A stretch of DNA of 64,000 nt, taken from contig LDXR01000009.1 of the NCBI GenBank assembly GCA_001443495.1, positions 28,875 through 92,874 on the forward strand, given 5' to 3'. The stretch comes from a candidate division NC10 bacterium CSP1-5. Lineage in GTDB: Bacteria > Methylomirabilota > Methylomirabilia > Methylomirabilales > CSP1-5. This document shows, one piece after another, positions 42,149 to 54,545 of the stretch; within the stretch, counting starts at the first letter, position 1; each line of letters starts with the position of its first letter. The position numbers and the translations under genes are program-made. The notes below the pieces were generated by a model. The model was given only the letters and a program-made list of their open reading frames with translations, was not told the origin of the DNA and ran no database searches.

Positions 42149-43117
42149 TCAGCGTTTGATAATGACGGGTGTGAACCCCTGTTTCTTGAGGGCCTCGAGG
42201 GTCTTGAGCGCCTCCGCGCGATCTGCGTATTCGCCGACCCAAACCTGGTGCACCGGGGTGGAGGCAGGCTGGGAAACGATCCTAGCCGTGTGGTTTTTCT
42301 TCTCCAGATTGCGAGCGAGGTCGATGGCGTCGTCCAGGCGGACGGATGATCCCACCTCGAGACGGAACTTCCCGTTCGCGCCCTGGACCACATTCGACGG
42401 AAACCCGTCCACGTTCAGTTGCCGTGCGGCCTGCTCCGCCTCCTCGCGGCTGTTGAATTCCCCGCTGTAGACTCGATGGCGGGTGACGCGGGCTGTGGTC
42501 TTTTGCACAACCGCACTGTACCCGAGCTTCTTGAGCCGCTCCAGAAGGGACCGGGCGTTCTGCTCGACGACCAGGGAAGCGACCTGGACACTGTAGCGCG
42601 CCTCTCCCTTTTCCTTCGGCTCCGTCGCCTTGGCCAACGACTTCGGGGCGGGTTTCTCTGCGACCGTCGGGGCGGGTGGCGGCTGGGGAGCCGCCTTGTC
42701 GACCCTCGTTGGCGCTGGGCGTTCGGATGGAGTCTCCGGCGGTTTCGTCACCCCCGGCACCGCTTCCCTCGGGGTTTCCGCCTTGGGTGACACCTCTGGC
42801 TCTCGCCTCTCGGTCTCGGGTGGTTTCAAGGGGATTGGCGGCTTCACCGGCACCTGACTCACTTGTGGAGGTTTCGTTGGAGTCGGGGGCGGGGGCGGCG
42901 GTGCACTCTTGCCACCAGGGGAAAGGGAAATCGGCAGGGGCAGTGGGATGTCGCCAAAGTACGTGGTGTACACATAGAGGCCCCCGGCGATAACAACGCC
43001 GACAAGACCTATGATGAGCAACCGCCTGGCCTGTGGACTCAAGCTCCCGGTGGATCCCCTCTCTGGGTCTAAGGGTTCAAATGACCTTTTCAGAAAATTA
43101 TATCTTTTCATAGACAC
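42149..43117 (-). CDS. SPOR-domain membrane protein
   Basis: TM helix, Pro-rich linker, repeated SPOR motifs (YSVQVAS, HRVYSGEF, HQVWVGEY). Confidence 0.85.
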   Translation of the reverse strand: MSMKRYNFLKRSFEPLDPERGSTGSLSPQARRLLIIGLVGVVIAGGLYVYTTYFGDIPLPLPISLSPGGKSAPPPPPPTPTKPPQVSQVPVKPPIPLKPPETERREPEVSPKAETPREAVPGVTKPPETPSERPAPTRVDKAAPQPPPAPTVAEKPAPKSLAKATEPKEKGEARYSVQVASLVVEQNARSLLERLKKLGYSAVVQKTTARVTRHRVYSGEFNSREEAEQAARQLNVDGFPSNVVQGANGKFRLEVGSSVRLDDAIDLARNLEKKNHTARIVSQPASTPVHQVWVGEYADRAEALKTLEALKKQGFTPVIIKR

Positions 43118-43147
43118 TCCTTGAAGAAACCGTGCGCAACCTTGCGT

Positions 43148-43176
43148 ATTATAGTGATCAAAGGGTCATGTGTCAA
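43148..43176 (-). promoter_or_regulatory. Consensus sigma70 promoter for the SPOR gene
   Basis: Minus strand TTGACA-17 bp-TATAAT, perfect consensus. Confidence 0.85.
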
Positions 43177-43247
43177 ACCTTTTTTTTCGGCGTCTTTGCC
43201 TCGTATGAGCGGACGGCGCCCAGGAAAACGCCGGACCCATCGCAGGC

Positions 43248-44564
43248 TTACGGAATCTTTGCTTTAAGGTAATGGCTATAACCCTCAGTGATCACGGCAG
43301 AGACCGTATCTCCCGGGACAAGCGACTCTTGCGGGAAGTGGACCAGTTGGTTTCTCCGGGTGCGACCAGTCGCAACGCTGTGCATCTTCGGGTTCGGCCC
43401 CCCCTCGATCAAGACCTCCTCGATCTTGCCCACCCGCTCGCGATTCTTCTCCAGCGCGATCTCGTCCTGAAGCTGGAGGACGGTATGAATCCGTTCTGTC
43501 TTCGCTTCCCCTGAGACCTGATCGGGATACGTGGTGGCCGGCGTGAGCGGCCGGACGGAGTATTTGAAGGCGAAGATGCTATCGTACCGCACCTGACGCA
43601 GGAGGCTCAGGGTTTCCTGAAAATCCTCTTCACTCTCTCCGGGAAAGCCCACGATGAGATCGGTGCTCAACGCGATGTCGGGCACCGTCTGTCTGAGCAT
43701 CGCGACCTTTTCGAGGTATTGCTGCCGGGTATAGAGGCGACGCATGCGCGCCAGGACCCGATCGGACCCGGCCTGCACGGGAAGATGCAGATGCTCGCAG
43801 ACACTCCTCAGGCGGGCCATCACCTCGATGAGGTCCGGGGTCAGGTCTCTCGGATGCGAGCTCGTGAAGCGCACTCGCATGTTCCTCCCCACCAGGGCAT
43901 CGATGGCCCGCAGGAGATCGGAGAAGCGCGTGCGGGGTTTGAGATTCTTGCCGTACGCATTGACAGTCTGCCCCAGCAAAGTGAGCTCCTTGTAGCCCTG
44001 CTTCAGCAACTCCTCGACCTCGGCCAAGATGTCTTCGGGAGGGCGGCTCCGCTCTGGTCCTCGGGTATAGGGCACGACGCAGAAGGTGCACAGGTAATTG
44101 CACCCCTCCATGATGCTGACCCAGGCCTTGAAGGGGCTCTCGCGGCGAGGTCGCGGTGAGCGGATATAGAGGGGGAGCGGCTCCTGGGGTCGGGGGAGGA
44201 CCGGGGGAGCCGGGGCGCCTCTGAGCATCTCCGGGATGCGATAGATCATTGCCCCGGGCCCGGCCAGCAGGTCGAGGTAGGGAAAGCGATCCTTGAGGCG
44301 AACCCCCTCCCGCTGGGCCAGGCATCCACACAGGCCGATCTTCATTCGAGGGTTCTGGATCTTGAGCTTTTGGAAGGTCCCGAGGAGACTATAGACCTTC
44401 TGTTCGGCTTTTTCGCGGATGCTACACGTATTGATGAGGATCAGGTCCGCTTCCTCTGCCGTCTCTGTCAGCTCGAAGCCTTCCTGGGCCAGGACGCCGG
44501 CGATCTTCTCTGAATCCGCTTCGTTAGCCTGACAGCCGAAGGTAATCAGCTTGAGCTTGGCCAT
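43248..44564 (-). CDS. miaB: tRNA methylthiotransferase MiaB
   Basis: TFGCQ, NTCSIREKAE, GCNYLCTFC, IVGFPGE, TRAM domain. Confidence 0.93.
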   Translation of the reverse strand: MAKLKLITFGCQANEADSEKIAGVLAQEGFELTETAEEADLILINTCSIREKAEQKVYSLLGTFQKLKIQNPRMKIGLCGCLAQREGVRLKDRFPYLDLLAGPGAMIYRIPEMLRGAPAPPVLPRPQEPLPLYIRSPRPRRESPFKAWVSIMEGCNYLCTFCVVPYTRGPERSRPPEDILAEVEELLKQGYKELTLLGQTVNAYGKNLKPRTRFSDLLRAIDALVGRNMRVRFTSSHPRDLTPDLIEVMARLRSVCEHLHLPVQAGSDRVLARMRRLYTRQQYLEKVAMLRQTVPDIALSTDLIVGFPGESEEDFQETLSLLRQVRYDSIFAFKYSVRPLTPATTYPDQVSGEAKTERIHTVLQLQDEIALEKNRERVGKIEEVLIEGGPNPKMHSVATGRTRRNQLVHFPQESLVPGDTVSAVITEGYSHYLKAKIP

Positions 44565-44596
44565 CCATCCACCTTCTGCGTCGCGGGCGCGTTCAG

Positions 44597-45559
44597 TCAG
44601 TACAGGTGGCAACTCACCCAGTGCCCGGGGGAGACCTCGCGAAGGACCGGGGCCTCCGTGTCACACGGATCAAAGCGCTTGGGACAACGTGGGTGGAACC
44701 GGCAACCGGCCGGGACCTGGATGGGACTGGGCGGGTCTCCCTCGAGGATGATCCGTTGCCGTTTGGTCTTGGGGTCGGTCACCGGGATCGCGGACAGGAG
44801 GGCCTGCGTATAGGGATGGAGAGGATTCCGGTACAGCTCATCGCTTTCCGCCAGCTCCACGATCTGCCCGAGGTACATGACCGCGACGCGATCGCTGATG
44901 TGCTTCACCACCCTGAGGTCGTGGGCAATGAACAGGTAGGTGAGCCCCAGCTGCCTTTGGAGATCCTCAAAGAGGTTGATCACCTGCGCTTGGATCGAGA
45001 CATCCAGGGCGGAGACCGGTTCGTCTGCGATTAAGAGCTCCGGGCCCACCGCGAGCGCCCGGGCAATGCCGATCCGCTGCCGCTGCCCGCCGCTGAACTC
45101 GTGGGGGTAGCGACCCATATGTTCGCGCCCCAGTCCCACCATCTCCAGGAGCTCTGCCACTCGATCGGTCTTCTCCTTTCCCCGCGCCAGCCGGTGGATG
45201 ACCAACCCTTCGCCCACGATCTCCTTCACCGACATGCGGGGGTCCAGCGAGGAATAGGGATCCTGGAATACAATCTGCATCTTGCGCCGGAGCTGGTGCA
45301 TCTCCTTCCTGTTCGCCTTGAAGACGGGAGTCTTGCCGAAATGGACCTCCCCGGCGGTCGGCTCCAAGAGCCTGAGGACGAGGCGCGCCGTGGTCGATTT
45401 GCCGCACCCCGACTCCCCCACCAGTCCCAGGGTCTCTCCCCGACCGATGGCAAAGCTCACGCCATCCACCGCCCGAACGTCGGCCCGCTCCCCGAACCAG
45501 AGCCCCTTCTTGACGGGGAAGTATTTCTTGAGATCTTTCACCACAAGAAGGGGTTCCAT
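44597..45559 (-). CDS. Peptide ABC transporter ATPase (DppF/OppF)
   Basis: [32 protein letters not shown]. Confidence 0.95.
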   Translation of the reverse strand: MEPLLVVKDLKKYFPVKKGLWFGERADVRAVDGVSFAIGRGETLGLVGESGCGKSTTARLVLRLLEPTAGEVHFGKTPVFKANRKEMHQLRRKMQIVFQDPYSSLDPRMSVKEIVGEGLVIHRLARGKEKTDRVAELLEMVGLGREHMGRYPHEFSGGQRQRIGIARALAVGPELLIADEPVSALDVSIQAQVINLFEDLQRQLGLTYLFIAHDLRVVKHISDRVAVMYLGQIVELAESDELYRNPLHPYTQALLSAIPVTDPKTKRQRIILEGDPPSPIQVPAGCRFHPRCPKRFDPCDTEAPVLREVSPGHWVSCHLY

Positions 45560-45568
45560 GGTTCGCTG

Positions 45569-46543
45569 CTACGCCAGGATGCACCGAGCCCAGTGGCCTG
45601 GTCGAATCTCCCTGAGTTCCGGCTCTGTGGGCCAACAGTCTCCGATCACCTTCGGACACCGGGGGGCGAACTTGCATCCGGTGGGGAGGTCCAACAGGTT
45701 GGGGATGAGACCGGGGATTGCCGTCAGGCGCCTGTGCCGTTTTCCCGTCTCCAGTTTGGGGAGCGATTCCAATAGGCCCTGGGTGTAGGGATGCAGGGGG
45801 GTCTCAAAGAGCTGTTCCGCGGAGGCCTCTTCCACGACCCTGCCGGCATACATCACCACGACCCGGTCGGCAGTCTCCGCAATGACCCCCAGGTCGTGGG
45901 TGATCAGGATCACCGCCATCTGCATCTCCTCCTGGAGACCCATGAGCAGGTCGACGATCTGTGCCTGGATGGTCACGTCCAGGGCGGTGGTGGGCTCATC
46001 GGCGATGAGGAGCCTCGGACCTAAGGCGAGGGCCATCGCAATCATGACGCGCTGGCGCAATCCCCCCGAGAGCTGGTGGGGATACTCGTACGCCCTCCTG
46101 GCGGGGTCGGGAATCTTGACCCGCCGCAGAACCTCAACCGCCCGATCCCATGCTTCCCGCCTGGAGACCTTCTGATGGTGCCGGATCCCCTCCGCCACCT
46201 GCTCCCCCACCGTGAAGACCGGGTTGAGGGACGTCATGGGCTCTTGAAAGATCATGGAGATGGCGCACCCGCGGATGCTGCGCATCTCCTCCTCGGGCAG
46301 GCGTAAGAGATCTCGCCCCTCAAAGCAGATCGTGCCGCCGACAATCCTCCCCGGAGGGTTCGGGATCAATCGAAGGATCGACAGGGCGGTGACCGTCTTC
46401 CCGCACCCCGACTCCCCCACCAGGCCGAGCGTCTCGCCGGGCCGAACACTCAGAGTCACCCCGTCAACGGCCCGGACCACCCCTTCTCCCGTGAAGAAGT
46501 GGGTCTGCAGGTCTTGGATCGTCAAGAGGCTTCCGTTCCTCAC
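45569..46543 (-). CDS. Peptide ABC transporter ATPase (DppD/OppD)
   Basis: [34 protein letters not shown]. Confidence 0.95.
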   Translation of the reverse strand: MRNGSLLTIQDLQTHFFTGEGVVRAVDGVTLSVRPGETLGLVGESGCGKTVTALSILRLIPNPPGRIVGGTICFEGRDLLRLPEEEMRSIRGCAISMIFQEPMTSLNPVFTVGEQVAEGIRHHQKVSRREAWDRAVEVLRRVKIPDPARRAYEYPHQLSGGLRQRVMIAMALALGPRLLIADEPTTALDVTIQAQIVDLLMGLQEEMQMAVILITHDLGVIAETADRVVVMYAGRVVEEASAEQLFETPLHPYTQGLLESLPKLETGKRHRRLTAIPGLIPNLLDLPTGCKFAPRCPKVIGDCWPTEPELREIRPGHWARCILA

Positions 46544-47425
46544 CTAGGACCTCAGACGCGGATCCAGGACATCGCGCAGCCCGTCGCCCAGCACATGGAA
46601 CCCAAGAACCGTACAGGTGATTGCCAGACCGGGAAAGACGCACAACCAGGGCTTGGCGGTGAGATAGACGACTCCTTCGGCGAGGAGGGACCCCCAACTC
46701 ACCATGGGGGGCTGGATCCCGAGGCCGAGAAAGCCGAGGCCCGCCTCTGCGAGGATATTGGAGGCGACCCCGAAGGTCATGGCCACCAGGATCGGGGCCA
46801 AGCAGTTCGGGAGCAGATGCCGAAAGATGATCCTTCCCTTTCCCGCTCCCAAGGCAACGATCGCTGCGATATGTTCCGCCTCTCGCAGACTGAGGACTTG
46901 TCCCCGCACCAGCCGAGCCACCGACGTCCATCGGACGGCCGTCAGCACGATAATGACACTCAGCAGCCCGGGTTGCTCAAGGACCGCCGTCAACGCAATG
47001 GCCAACACGAGCCCCGGAAAGGCCATCACGGCATCGGTAGTGCGCATCAAAACGCCGTCCATGCTACCACCGAAATACCCAGCAAACAAGCCGATTGTCA
47101 CGCCGATTGGGGTCACCACCAGCTCGACGACGATTCCGACGAGGAGGGAGATCCGCGCCCCATACAAAACCCGGCTCAGCAGGTCGCGGCCTAGCAGATC
47201 AGTCCCGAACCAATGGTCACCCCGAGGGGGAAGCAGGCTGAATCCCTGTAACCTTTCAGGGATTCGGGTGGGGTCGTACGGCGCCAGCAGGGTGGACAGC
47301 AGCGCCATCAGGCCAAAGAAAAGAAGGATCGCAGAGCCCAGGACGATCCCGGGTGACCATCGCCCCTGCCCCGAAAAGAGCCCCCGCATCGATCGTCCTG
47401 TGCCCCTCTGTGCGCGTTCGGACAT
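46544..47425 (-). CDS. Peptide ABC transporter permease (DppC/OppC)
   Basis: [32 protein letters not shown]. Confidence 0.93.
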   Translation of the reverse strand: MSERAQRGTGRSMRGLFSGQGRWSPGIVLGSAILLFFGLMALLSTLLAPYDPTRIPERLQGFSLLPPRGDHWFGTDLLGRDLLSRVLYGARISLLVGIVVELVVTPIGVTIGLFAGYFGGSMDGVLMRTTDAVMAFPGLVLAIALTAVLEQPGLLSVIIVLTAVRWTSVARLVRGQVLSLREAEHIAAIVALGAGKGRIIFRHLLPNCLAPILVAMTFGVASNILAEAGLGFLGLGIQPPMVSWGSLLAEGVVYLTAKPWLCVFPGLAITCTVLGFHVLGDGLRDVLDPRLRS

Positions 47426-47433
47426 GGACGGTG

Positions 47434-48363
47434 TCACTCCGCTAATCTCACCCGAGGATCCACGAGCGCGTACGCCAGGTCGACCACGAGGTTCGCCCCG
47501 AGGTAGATGAGGGCGAAGAGGAGCGTCGCCCCCAACACCACGGGGAGGTCGCGATTGCCCACCGCAGCCACCAGCAGGCGACCGAGCCCTGGCCAGGCAA
47601 AGACCGTTTCGGTCAGGGGTGCACCGACAAGGAGATCTCCGAGGCTGATCCCGACAAGGGTCAGGATCGGCAAGACCCCGTTCCGAAGGCCATGTTTCAG
47701 GATAACCACCCGCTCTTTGAGACCCTTGGCCCGTGCCGTCCGGACGTATTCCTGTCGGAGGACCTCGAGGAGAGCGCTCCGAGTCATCCGGGCGATGTAG
47801 CCCGCCTGGAGTGCCCCCAGCGTGAGGGCGGGAAGTACGAGGTGGCCGAAGGCTCCATCGCCGTATCCCGAGATGGGAAACCATCCAAGCGAGACGGCAA
47901 AAAGCAGGATCAGCATCATCCCAAGCCAGAAGACGGGCGTCGAAATACCGAGGAGCGAGAGCGTCATCATGAGGAGGTCCACGCCAGTGTTGTGTCGTAT
48001 TGCCGCCACGATCCCCGCAGCCATCCCCAGCACGACCGCCACGACCATCGCCGCCACCGCCAGCCGCACCGTCGCCGGGAGCCGCTCGGCCAGGGTCTCA
48101 CTCACCGGCCTTCCCTGCCGGTAGGAGTAACCCAAATCCCCGACCAGGAGCTTCCCCATATAGAGGGCATAGCGGTGCCACAACGGCTTATCGAGCCCGT
48201 ATTCTGCCCGGATCCTGGCCACCACCTCTGGATCGGCGCGCTGCCCCATCATCACCCGAACCGGATCCCCGAGGGCCACATGAGTCAACAGGAAGGTGAT
48301 GAGCGTCACCCCAAACAGAACCGGGAACGCCTGCCCGCACCTGCTGAGGACATACCTCCTCAT
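47434..48363 (-). CDS. Peptide ABC transporter permease (DppB/OppB)
   Basis: GLDKPL, GDLGYS, YVRTARAKGL, ETVFAWPGLG, DPRVR. Confidence 0.94.
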   Translation of the reverse strand: MRRYVLSRCGQAFPVLFGVTLITFLLTHVALGDPVRVMMGQRADPEVVARIRAEYGLDKPLWHRYALYMGKLLVGDLGYSYRQGRPVSETLAERLPATVRLAVAAMVVAVVLGMAAGIVAAIRHNTGVDLLMMTLSLLGISTPVFWLGMMLILLFAVSLGWFPISGYGDGAFGHLVLPALTLGALQAGYIARMTRSALLEVLRQEYVRTARAKGLKERVVILKHGLRNGVLPILTLVGISLGDLLVGAPLTETVFAWPGLGRLLVAAVGNRDLPVVLGATLLFALIYLGANLVVDLAYALVDPRVRLAE

Positions 48364-48400
48364 CGTTGTCCCCCAAGCGGCGGCCTTTCCGCGTCTCCCC

Positions 48401-49279
48401 TCATCGCTCCAGGACCTTGACGAAAAAGGCCAACACCTTCTCCTTATACTTCTTCGGGTCCCGCGCATAGGTTCCACCGTGATCGGCCCCCTCGATGATC
48501 CACAGTTCGGCTCGATCAGGGGGCGCGGCCTCATAGAGAAGACGGGCGTGCTCGACGGGAATCTGCCGGTCACCCGCTCCATGAATAATCAGGATCGGCA
48601 CTTGAGCCTTGGCAATGGCCCGGCGGGGATCGATGGTCCCGATATCGACCCCCAGCAGGGAGGCGTAGGATCGAATGAGCCACACGATCGGGGTCTTGGT
48701 AACGCCGGGGAGGTATCCGTAGACCGCCTCCACCATCCGCTCCATGTCGGCGAAGGAGGAATCCGCCACGATCCCCTTGAGATCGGCGTCCTCGACCAGA
48801 AGGAGCACTGCTGCTCCAAGGGAAAAGCCGAGCCCGCCGATGTTCGTCTCCCCGCGCCCCCTGAGATAGCGGATGGCAGCCCTCAGATCCTCCTGCTCCC
48901 GGTATCCGACCGTGGTTACGCTTCCCTCGCTCTGGCCGAAGGACCGAAAGTCAAACAGGAAGAGGTTGTAGCGTGGGTGGAGGAACTGGGCGAGAGGCAG
49001 CAAATCCCCCTTGTCGGCAGGATAGCCGTGGGTCACCAGGATGGTCCCCTTCGCTCTCCGGGAGGAAGGGATGTACCAGCCTCGAAGCGTCAAACCGTCT
49101 GTGGTGCGGAAGCGCACGTCGTCGTACGGGAGCTTGAGATGCAAGGGGGTGATGTTGGAGTGGAACTTGAGAGGAAAAATGGCCAGCACGAATTGGACCG
49201 TGGCGAAGAGGAAAATCCCGACGGCAAGGGAGACGACAGCCCTGACCAGTAGAGAAAGGGGCGAACGCTTCACGCCCAT
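48401..49279 (-). CDS. Membrane-anchored alpha/beta hydrolase
   Basis: N-terminal TM, HG oxyanion motif, GFSLG nucleophile elbow, HGAGD, GADH. Confidence 0.88.
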   Translation of the reverse strand: MGVKRSPLSLLVRAVVSLAVGIFLFATVQFVLAIFPLKFHSNITPLHLKLPYDDVRFRTTDGLTLRGWYIPSSRRAKGTILVTHGYPADKGDLLPLAQFLHPRYNLFLFDFRSFGQSEGSVTTVGYREQEDLRAAIRYLRGRGETNIGGLGFSLGAAVLLLVEDADLKGIVADSSFADMERMVEAVYGYLPGVTKTPIVWLIRSYASLLGVDIGTIDPRRAIAKAQVPILIIHGAGDRQIPVEHARLLYEAAPPDRAELWIIEGADHGGTYARDPKKYKEKVLAFFVKVLER

Positions 49280-49363
49280 TCCGCGGGTATGTGGGTCCGG
49301 ATCCGGTCCGCCGTCTCCCCGCTCCGCTCCGGGTCCCCTGTGACGACCTTCCGATCGAATCCC

Positions 49364-50209
49364 CTACCCTCCCCCGTCCAACGCGGAATCGCATCCGCCA
49401 CCCTCATGGCCGCGGCGTGCAGACGCTGTGCTTCGATGGTGGAGCCGATGGAGCGTCACGGTATCGATCACCTCCCCCACCTCGATGCCGTGAGGGTTAT
49501 ACAGGACTCGGCTCCGCAGACCAGGATCACCCAGCTCCTCAACCACAAAGTCAGCCTGGCTAAAGTCGTGGTTCCGGCAATAGCTACTGGGGATGATCAC
49601 ACAGGAGAGCGCGGCCCCCTTGGCGGCCTCTAGGCCGTTCTGGGAATCCTCGATGGCAAGGGCCTGCTCAGGGCGGATGGCGAGCTTCGAGAGGGTAACC
49701 CGGTACGCCTCGGGGTCCGGCTTTTTCCGGGCGACGTCTTCACCCGTGATGACGAGGGTGATCCGCGAGAAGCGATCCCGCCCAAGGAGTTTCTCAAGCA
49801 AAGGCTCGACCCACGCCCGGCTTCCGGTCGTCGCGACCGCCGTGGTCACACCCTCTCGATGCAGCTCATCGAAGAGGCGGAGGATACCGGGCCGCGGGAA
49901 GATGTCACACCCCTCGACGAGTTGACGGAAGGCTTCATTCTTGACCCGATGAAGCTCTGGCACCAGCCGATCCCGCTCGGCCGCGAGCAGCGGCCGGTAC
50001 CGATCGAAGTAGAAGCGGAGGCGCTCCTTTCCGCCGGCCACCCAGAGGAGTTCCCCGTAGAGGCCCTCTCCCCATCGGTCAGGCAGGCCCAACCGCTCGA
50101 AGGCGTGATTGAAGGCCACCCGATGACCATCACGCTCCGTCTCGGCCAGCGTGCCGTCCACATCGAAGATAGCTACCTGAAGCCTGGACATCTTCACGGC
50201 GGAAGTCAC
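49364..50209 (-). CDS. cbbY: CbbY HAD phosphatase (xylulose-1,5-bisphosphate phosphatase family)
   Basis: FDVDGTLAETERDGHRVAFN, GGKER, KKPDP, EDS; located in the cbb cluster. Confidence 0.88.
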   Translation of the reverse strand: MTSAVKMSRLQVAIFDVDGTLAETERDGHRVAFNHAFERLGLPDRWGEGLYGELLWVAGGKERLRFYFDRYRPLLAAERDRLVPELHRVKNEAFRQLVEGCDIFPRPGILRLFDELHREGVTTAVATTGSRAWVEPLLEKLLGRDRFSRITLVITGEDVARKKPDPEAYRVTLSKLAIRPEQALAIEDSQNGLEAAKGAALSCVIIPSSYCRNHDFSQADFVVEELGDPGLRSRVLYNPHGIEVGEVIDTVTLHRLHHRSTASARRGHEGGGCDSALDGGG

Positions 50210-50242
50210 CAGGTGGCCACCATCGGCCCGAAGAGAATCCCG

Positions 50243-51160
50243 TCAGGCCCTTCCCCCGGGCCGGCGGCCGTGGCTCTCTGTCCCGAGGAGTGCCTGCCGC
50301 TCCTCCATCATCTTCTTGATGATCGGTTCGAGGATGATCTCCATGGCGAGGCCCATCTTGCCTCCCGGGACCACGATGCTATTCCGCCGCGACATGAACG
50401 AGTCACGGAGTATGGCCAGGATATAGGGGAAATTGATATGAAACTTGCCAGGGTCCCGGAACCGGATCACCGCAAAGCTCTCATCGGGTGTCGGGATGTC
50501 ACGAGCAATGAACGGATTCGACGTGTCCACGGTAGGCACGCGCTGGAAATTGATATCCGTTAGCGAAAACTGGGGTATGATATAGCGCACATAGTCGGGC
50601 ATGCGCCGGAGGATGGTTTCGGTGACGTCCTCCGGGGTGTAGCCTCGCTGTGCGGTGTCGCGATGGATCTTCTGGATCCACTCGAGATTGACGATGGGGA
50701 CCACGCCAACCAGCAGATCTACATACTGCGCCACATTGACCTTCTCGGTGACCACTGCCCCATGCAGCCCTTCATAAAACAGGAGATCCGTGTCCTTTGG
50801 GAGGTCCTCCCAGGGGGTGAAGGTCCCTGGTTCCTGGCCGAAGGGCTCTGCCTCCTCCCAGTTGTGCGGGTAGTAACGACGCTGCCCCGTCCCCGTTTGG
50901 CTATACTGCCGGAAAAGTTCCTCCAGTTCCTCGAAGAGGTTTGCCTCCGCACCGAAATGGCTCAGGGTCCGCCCCTCACCCTGCGCCTTTGCCACAACTT
51001 CCCGCATCTCGGCCCGGTTGTACCGGTGGAAGCTGTCCCCCTCGATGAATGCAGCGTTCACCTGGAGTCTGTAGAAGATATGTTCAAACGCGACCTTCAC
51101 TGTTGTGGTGCCAGCACCGGACGAACCGGTAACGGCGATGATTGGATACCTCTTCGACAT
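50243..51160 (-). CDS. cbbP: Phosphoribulokinase (proteobacterial type)
   Basis: TGSSGAGTT, EGDSFH, YEGLHG, QKIHRD, RRMPDY, NFQRVP. Confidence 0.97.
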   Translation of the reverse strand: MSKRYPIIAVTGSSGAGTTTVKVAFEHIFYRLQVNAAFIEGDSFHRYNRAEMREVVAKAQGEGRTLSHFGAEANLFEELEELFRQYSQTGTGQRRYYPHNWEEAEPFGQEPGTFTPWEDLPKDTDLLFYEGLHGAVVTEKVNVAQYVDLLVGVVPIVNLEWIQKIHRDTAQRGYTPEDVTETILRRMPDYVRYIIPQFSLTDINFQRVPTVDTSNPFIARDIPTPDESFAVIRFRDPGKFHINFPYILAILRDSFMSRRNSIVVPGGKMGLAMEIILEPIIKKMMEERQALLGTESHGRRPGGRA

Positions 51161-51233
51161 GTGTCACTCCTTCCCTTCGATTACTGGCGGAGACATTCTC
51201 GGCCTCGAAGCCTGAGGGGTCGCCTTCGAGGCG

Positions 51234-52175
51234 CTATCGGGCCAGGTCCTCCTCCCCTCCGGTCGACCCCTTGGGGGCGTCCAGATCAGGAACCTCGGCG
51301 AAGACCCTGCTCTTCAGGATGTCGGACGCGTCGATGTGCGCCAACTCCTCTCTGGTCAGCATTCCTCCATGGGTATAGAGGCGGTTGGCCTGCCGGAGCT
51401 TGATCCGGTCGATGGCGTTTCGGACACTTCTCGCGTTGGCGAATTCCGGCAACGCCATCCGCCGTTTGAGATAGTCACGGAACGTCTCCCGCGCCGCCTC
51501 GTCGAAATGGTACTTCTGCTGGGCCACCATCATCTCCCCGATTTGCATCAGCTCTTCGATGGTAAAGTCCGGGAAGTCGAGATGGTGAGCCACACGGGAG
51601 CGCATGCCGGGGTTGAAGCTGAAGAATGTGTCCATTCGGTCCTTGTACCCGGCCAGGACCACCACAAGATCTTCACGCTGATTCTCCATCACCTGGAGCA
51701 GGATCTCGATGGCTTCCTGCCCATAGTCCCGCTCGTTCTCCGGGCGATAGAGGTAGTACGCCTCATCAATGAAGAGCACGCCTCCCATCGCCTTCTTGAG
51801 CACCTCCTTGGTCTTCGGGGCGGTGTGCCCCACGTACTGGCCGACCAAATCGTCCCGTGTCGCAGTGATCAGGTGATCCCTGCGAATGTAGCCCAGGCGA
51901 TGGAGGATCTGGGCCATCCGCATCGCCACCGTGGTCTTTCCGGTGCCGGAGCGGCCCGTGAAGCACATGTGGAGAGCGGGACGTTCTGCCCCCAAGCCCA
52001 CCTCCCGTCGGAGGCGGTCGACGAGGAGGAACGCGGCAATCTCGCGGATCCGGGTCTTGACCGACTGGAGGCCCACCAGCTCGCGGTCCAGACCATCTAG
52101 CACCTCCTGGACGTGGGAGTCCTTGAAGGCCTGAGTGACGTCGAGCGCGTCTTTGTCGGTCTGCGCCTCACCCAT
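51234..52175 (-). CDS. cbbX: Red-type Rubisco activase CbbX
   Basis: [49 protein letters not shown]. Confidence 0.96.
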   Translation of the reverse strand: MGEAQTDKDALDVTQAFKDSHVQEVLDGLDRELVGLQSVKTRIREIAAFLLVDRLRREVGLGAERPALHMCFTGRSGTGKTTVAMRMAQILHRLGYIRRDHLITATRDDLVGQYVGHTAPKTKEVLKKAMGGVLFIDEAYYLYRPENERDYGQEAIEILLQVMENQREDLVVVLAGYKDRMDTFFSFNPGMRSRVAHHLDFPDFTIEELMQIGEMMVAQQKYHFDEAARETFRDYLKRRMALPEFANARSVRNAIDRIKLRQANRLYTHGGMLTREELAHIDASDILKSRVFAEVPDLDAPKGSTGGEEDLAR

Positions 52176-52204
52176 GGTGAAACTCAATCCCGTCAAACTG
52201 ATCC

Positions 52205-52654
52205 TTACCGACCGACATCTGGGCCACCGCCGTCTGTCGAGTAGCGGTCGCCTTCGGGCCTGTCCGTGGCATAACTGTGCACGGTGTACCGGATATTCCG
52301 GCCCCCTGCCTCCTGCCGCGCAAGACCGAAGCCGGGTTCGTGCTTCGGCCGGTGGACGATGAAGGAGAGCCTGATCGTCTCCCACCCTCTGGTACTGTCG
52401 AGGGCGTTCACCTTGATGTAGTGGTTCGGGTAGGCCTTACGGCAGGTGGTCACCTCTTGCATGACTGCCGCCGGGTCTTTCAGGTCGAACATCGGCGCCC
52501 CCCACATCTCCCAGTACGTGTTGCGGGGGTGTGGGTCATCCGTGAACTCGACGCTCACGGCCCAGCCTTGATTCAAACAATACTCCACCTGCTTGCTGAT
52601 CTGCTCGTCAGTTAGATCGGGCAGGAACGAGAAGGTCCCTTGGGTGATTCTCAT
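52205..52654 (-). CDS. cbbS: Rubisco small subunit, red-type
   Basis: [29 protein letters not shown]-terminal hairpin [11 protein letters not shown]. Confidence 0.98.
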   Translation of the reverse strand: MRITQGTFSFLPDLTDEQISKQVEYCLNQGWAVSVEFTDDPHPRNTYWEMWGAPMFDLKDPAAVMQEVTTCRKAYPNHYIKVNALDSTRGWETIRLSFIVHRPKHEPGFGLARQEAGGRNIRYTVHSYATDRPEGDRYSTDGGGPDVGR

Positions 52655-52674
52655 GGCTTTTCCTCCTACACAAC

Positions 52675-54150
<1,476 letters not shown>

Positions 54151-54203
54151 TCACTCGGGGACGAATCGCCTGCCACGCTTTCCCGGTAAGATCGGCTCCG
54201 GCC

Positions 54204-54542
54204 TCAGGTGTCCCCTGCAGCCTCCTTCACGCCACTCTGGACAAGGCCTAGACAACTTCGGCGCAGTGCTGGGATGTTCTCGGCTACCGAGGCCTTTTTG
54301 TTGAACACTGCGGAGCCGGCCACAAGGACCTCGGCGCCCGCCGCGACCACGGAGGGGGCCGTCTGGGCGTTGATCCCTCCGTCTACCTCGACCTCGCAGC
54401 CTGCTCCCTGTTCTCGCAGCATCTGGCCCAGCGCGTGCAGCTTGCGGATGGTATTGGGGATAAGCCTCGCACAGTCCGCCGAAAGGATCGACGGGGCGAT
54501 CTTCACCGGGAACCTCTCTGCCCCACCCCGCGCCTGCGTCAC
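54204..54542 (-). pseudogene. rpe: Ribulose-phosphate 3-epimerase with a large in-frame internal deletion
   Basis: IAPSILSAD.ARL joined directly to IPNT..EVDGGIN..VAGSAVF; HxDxMDG, DxHLM and MSVNPGFGGQ motifs absent. Confidence 0.88.
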
Positions 54543-54545
54543 CGG

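Noticed and set aside
49364-52654. cbbX plus cbbY as a novelty
   Set aside because: Activase and XuBP phosphatase beside red-type Rubisco are well described
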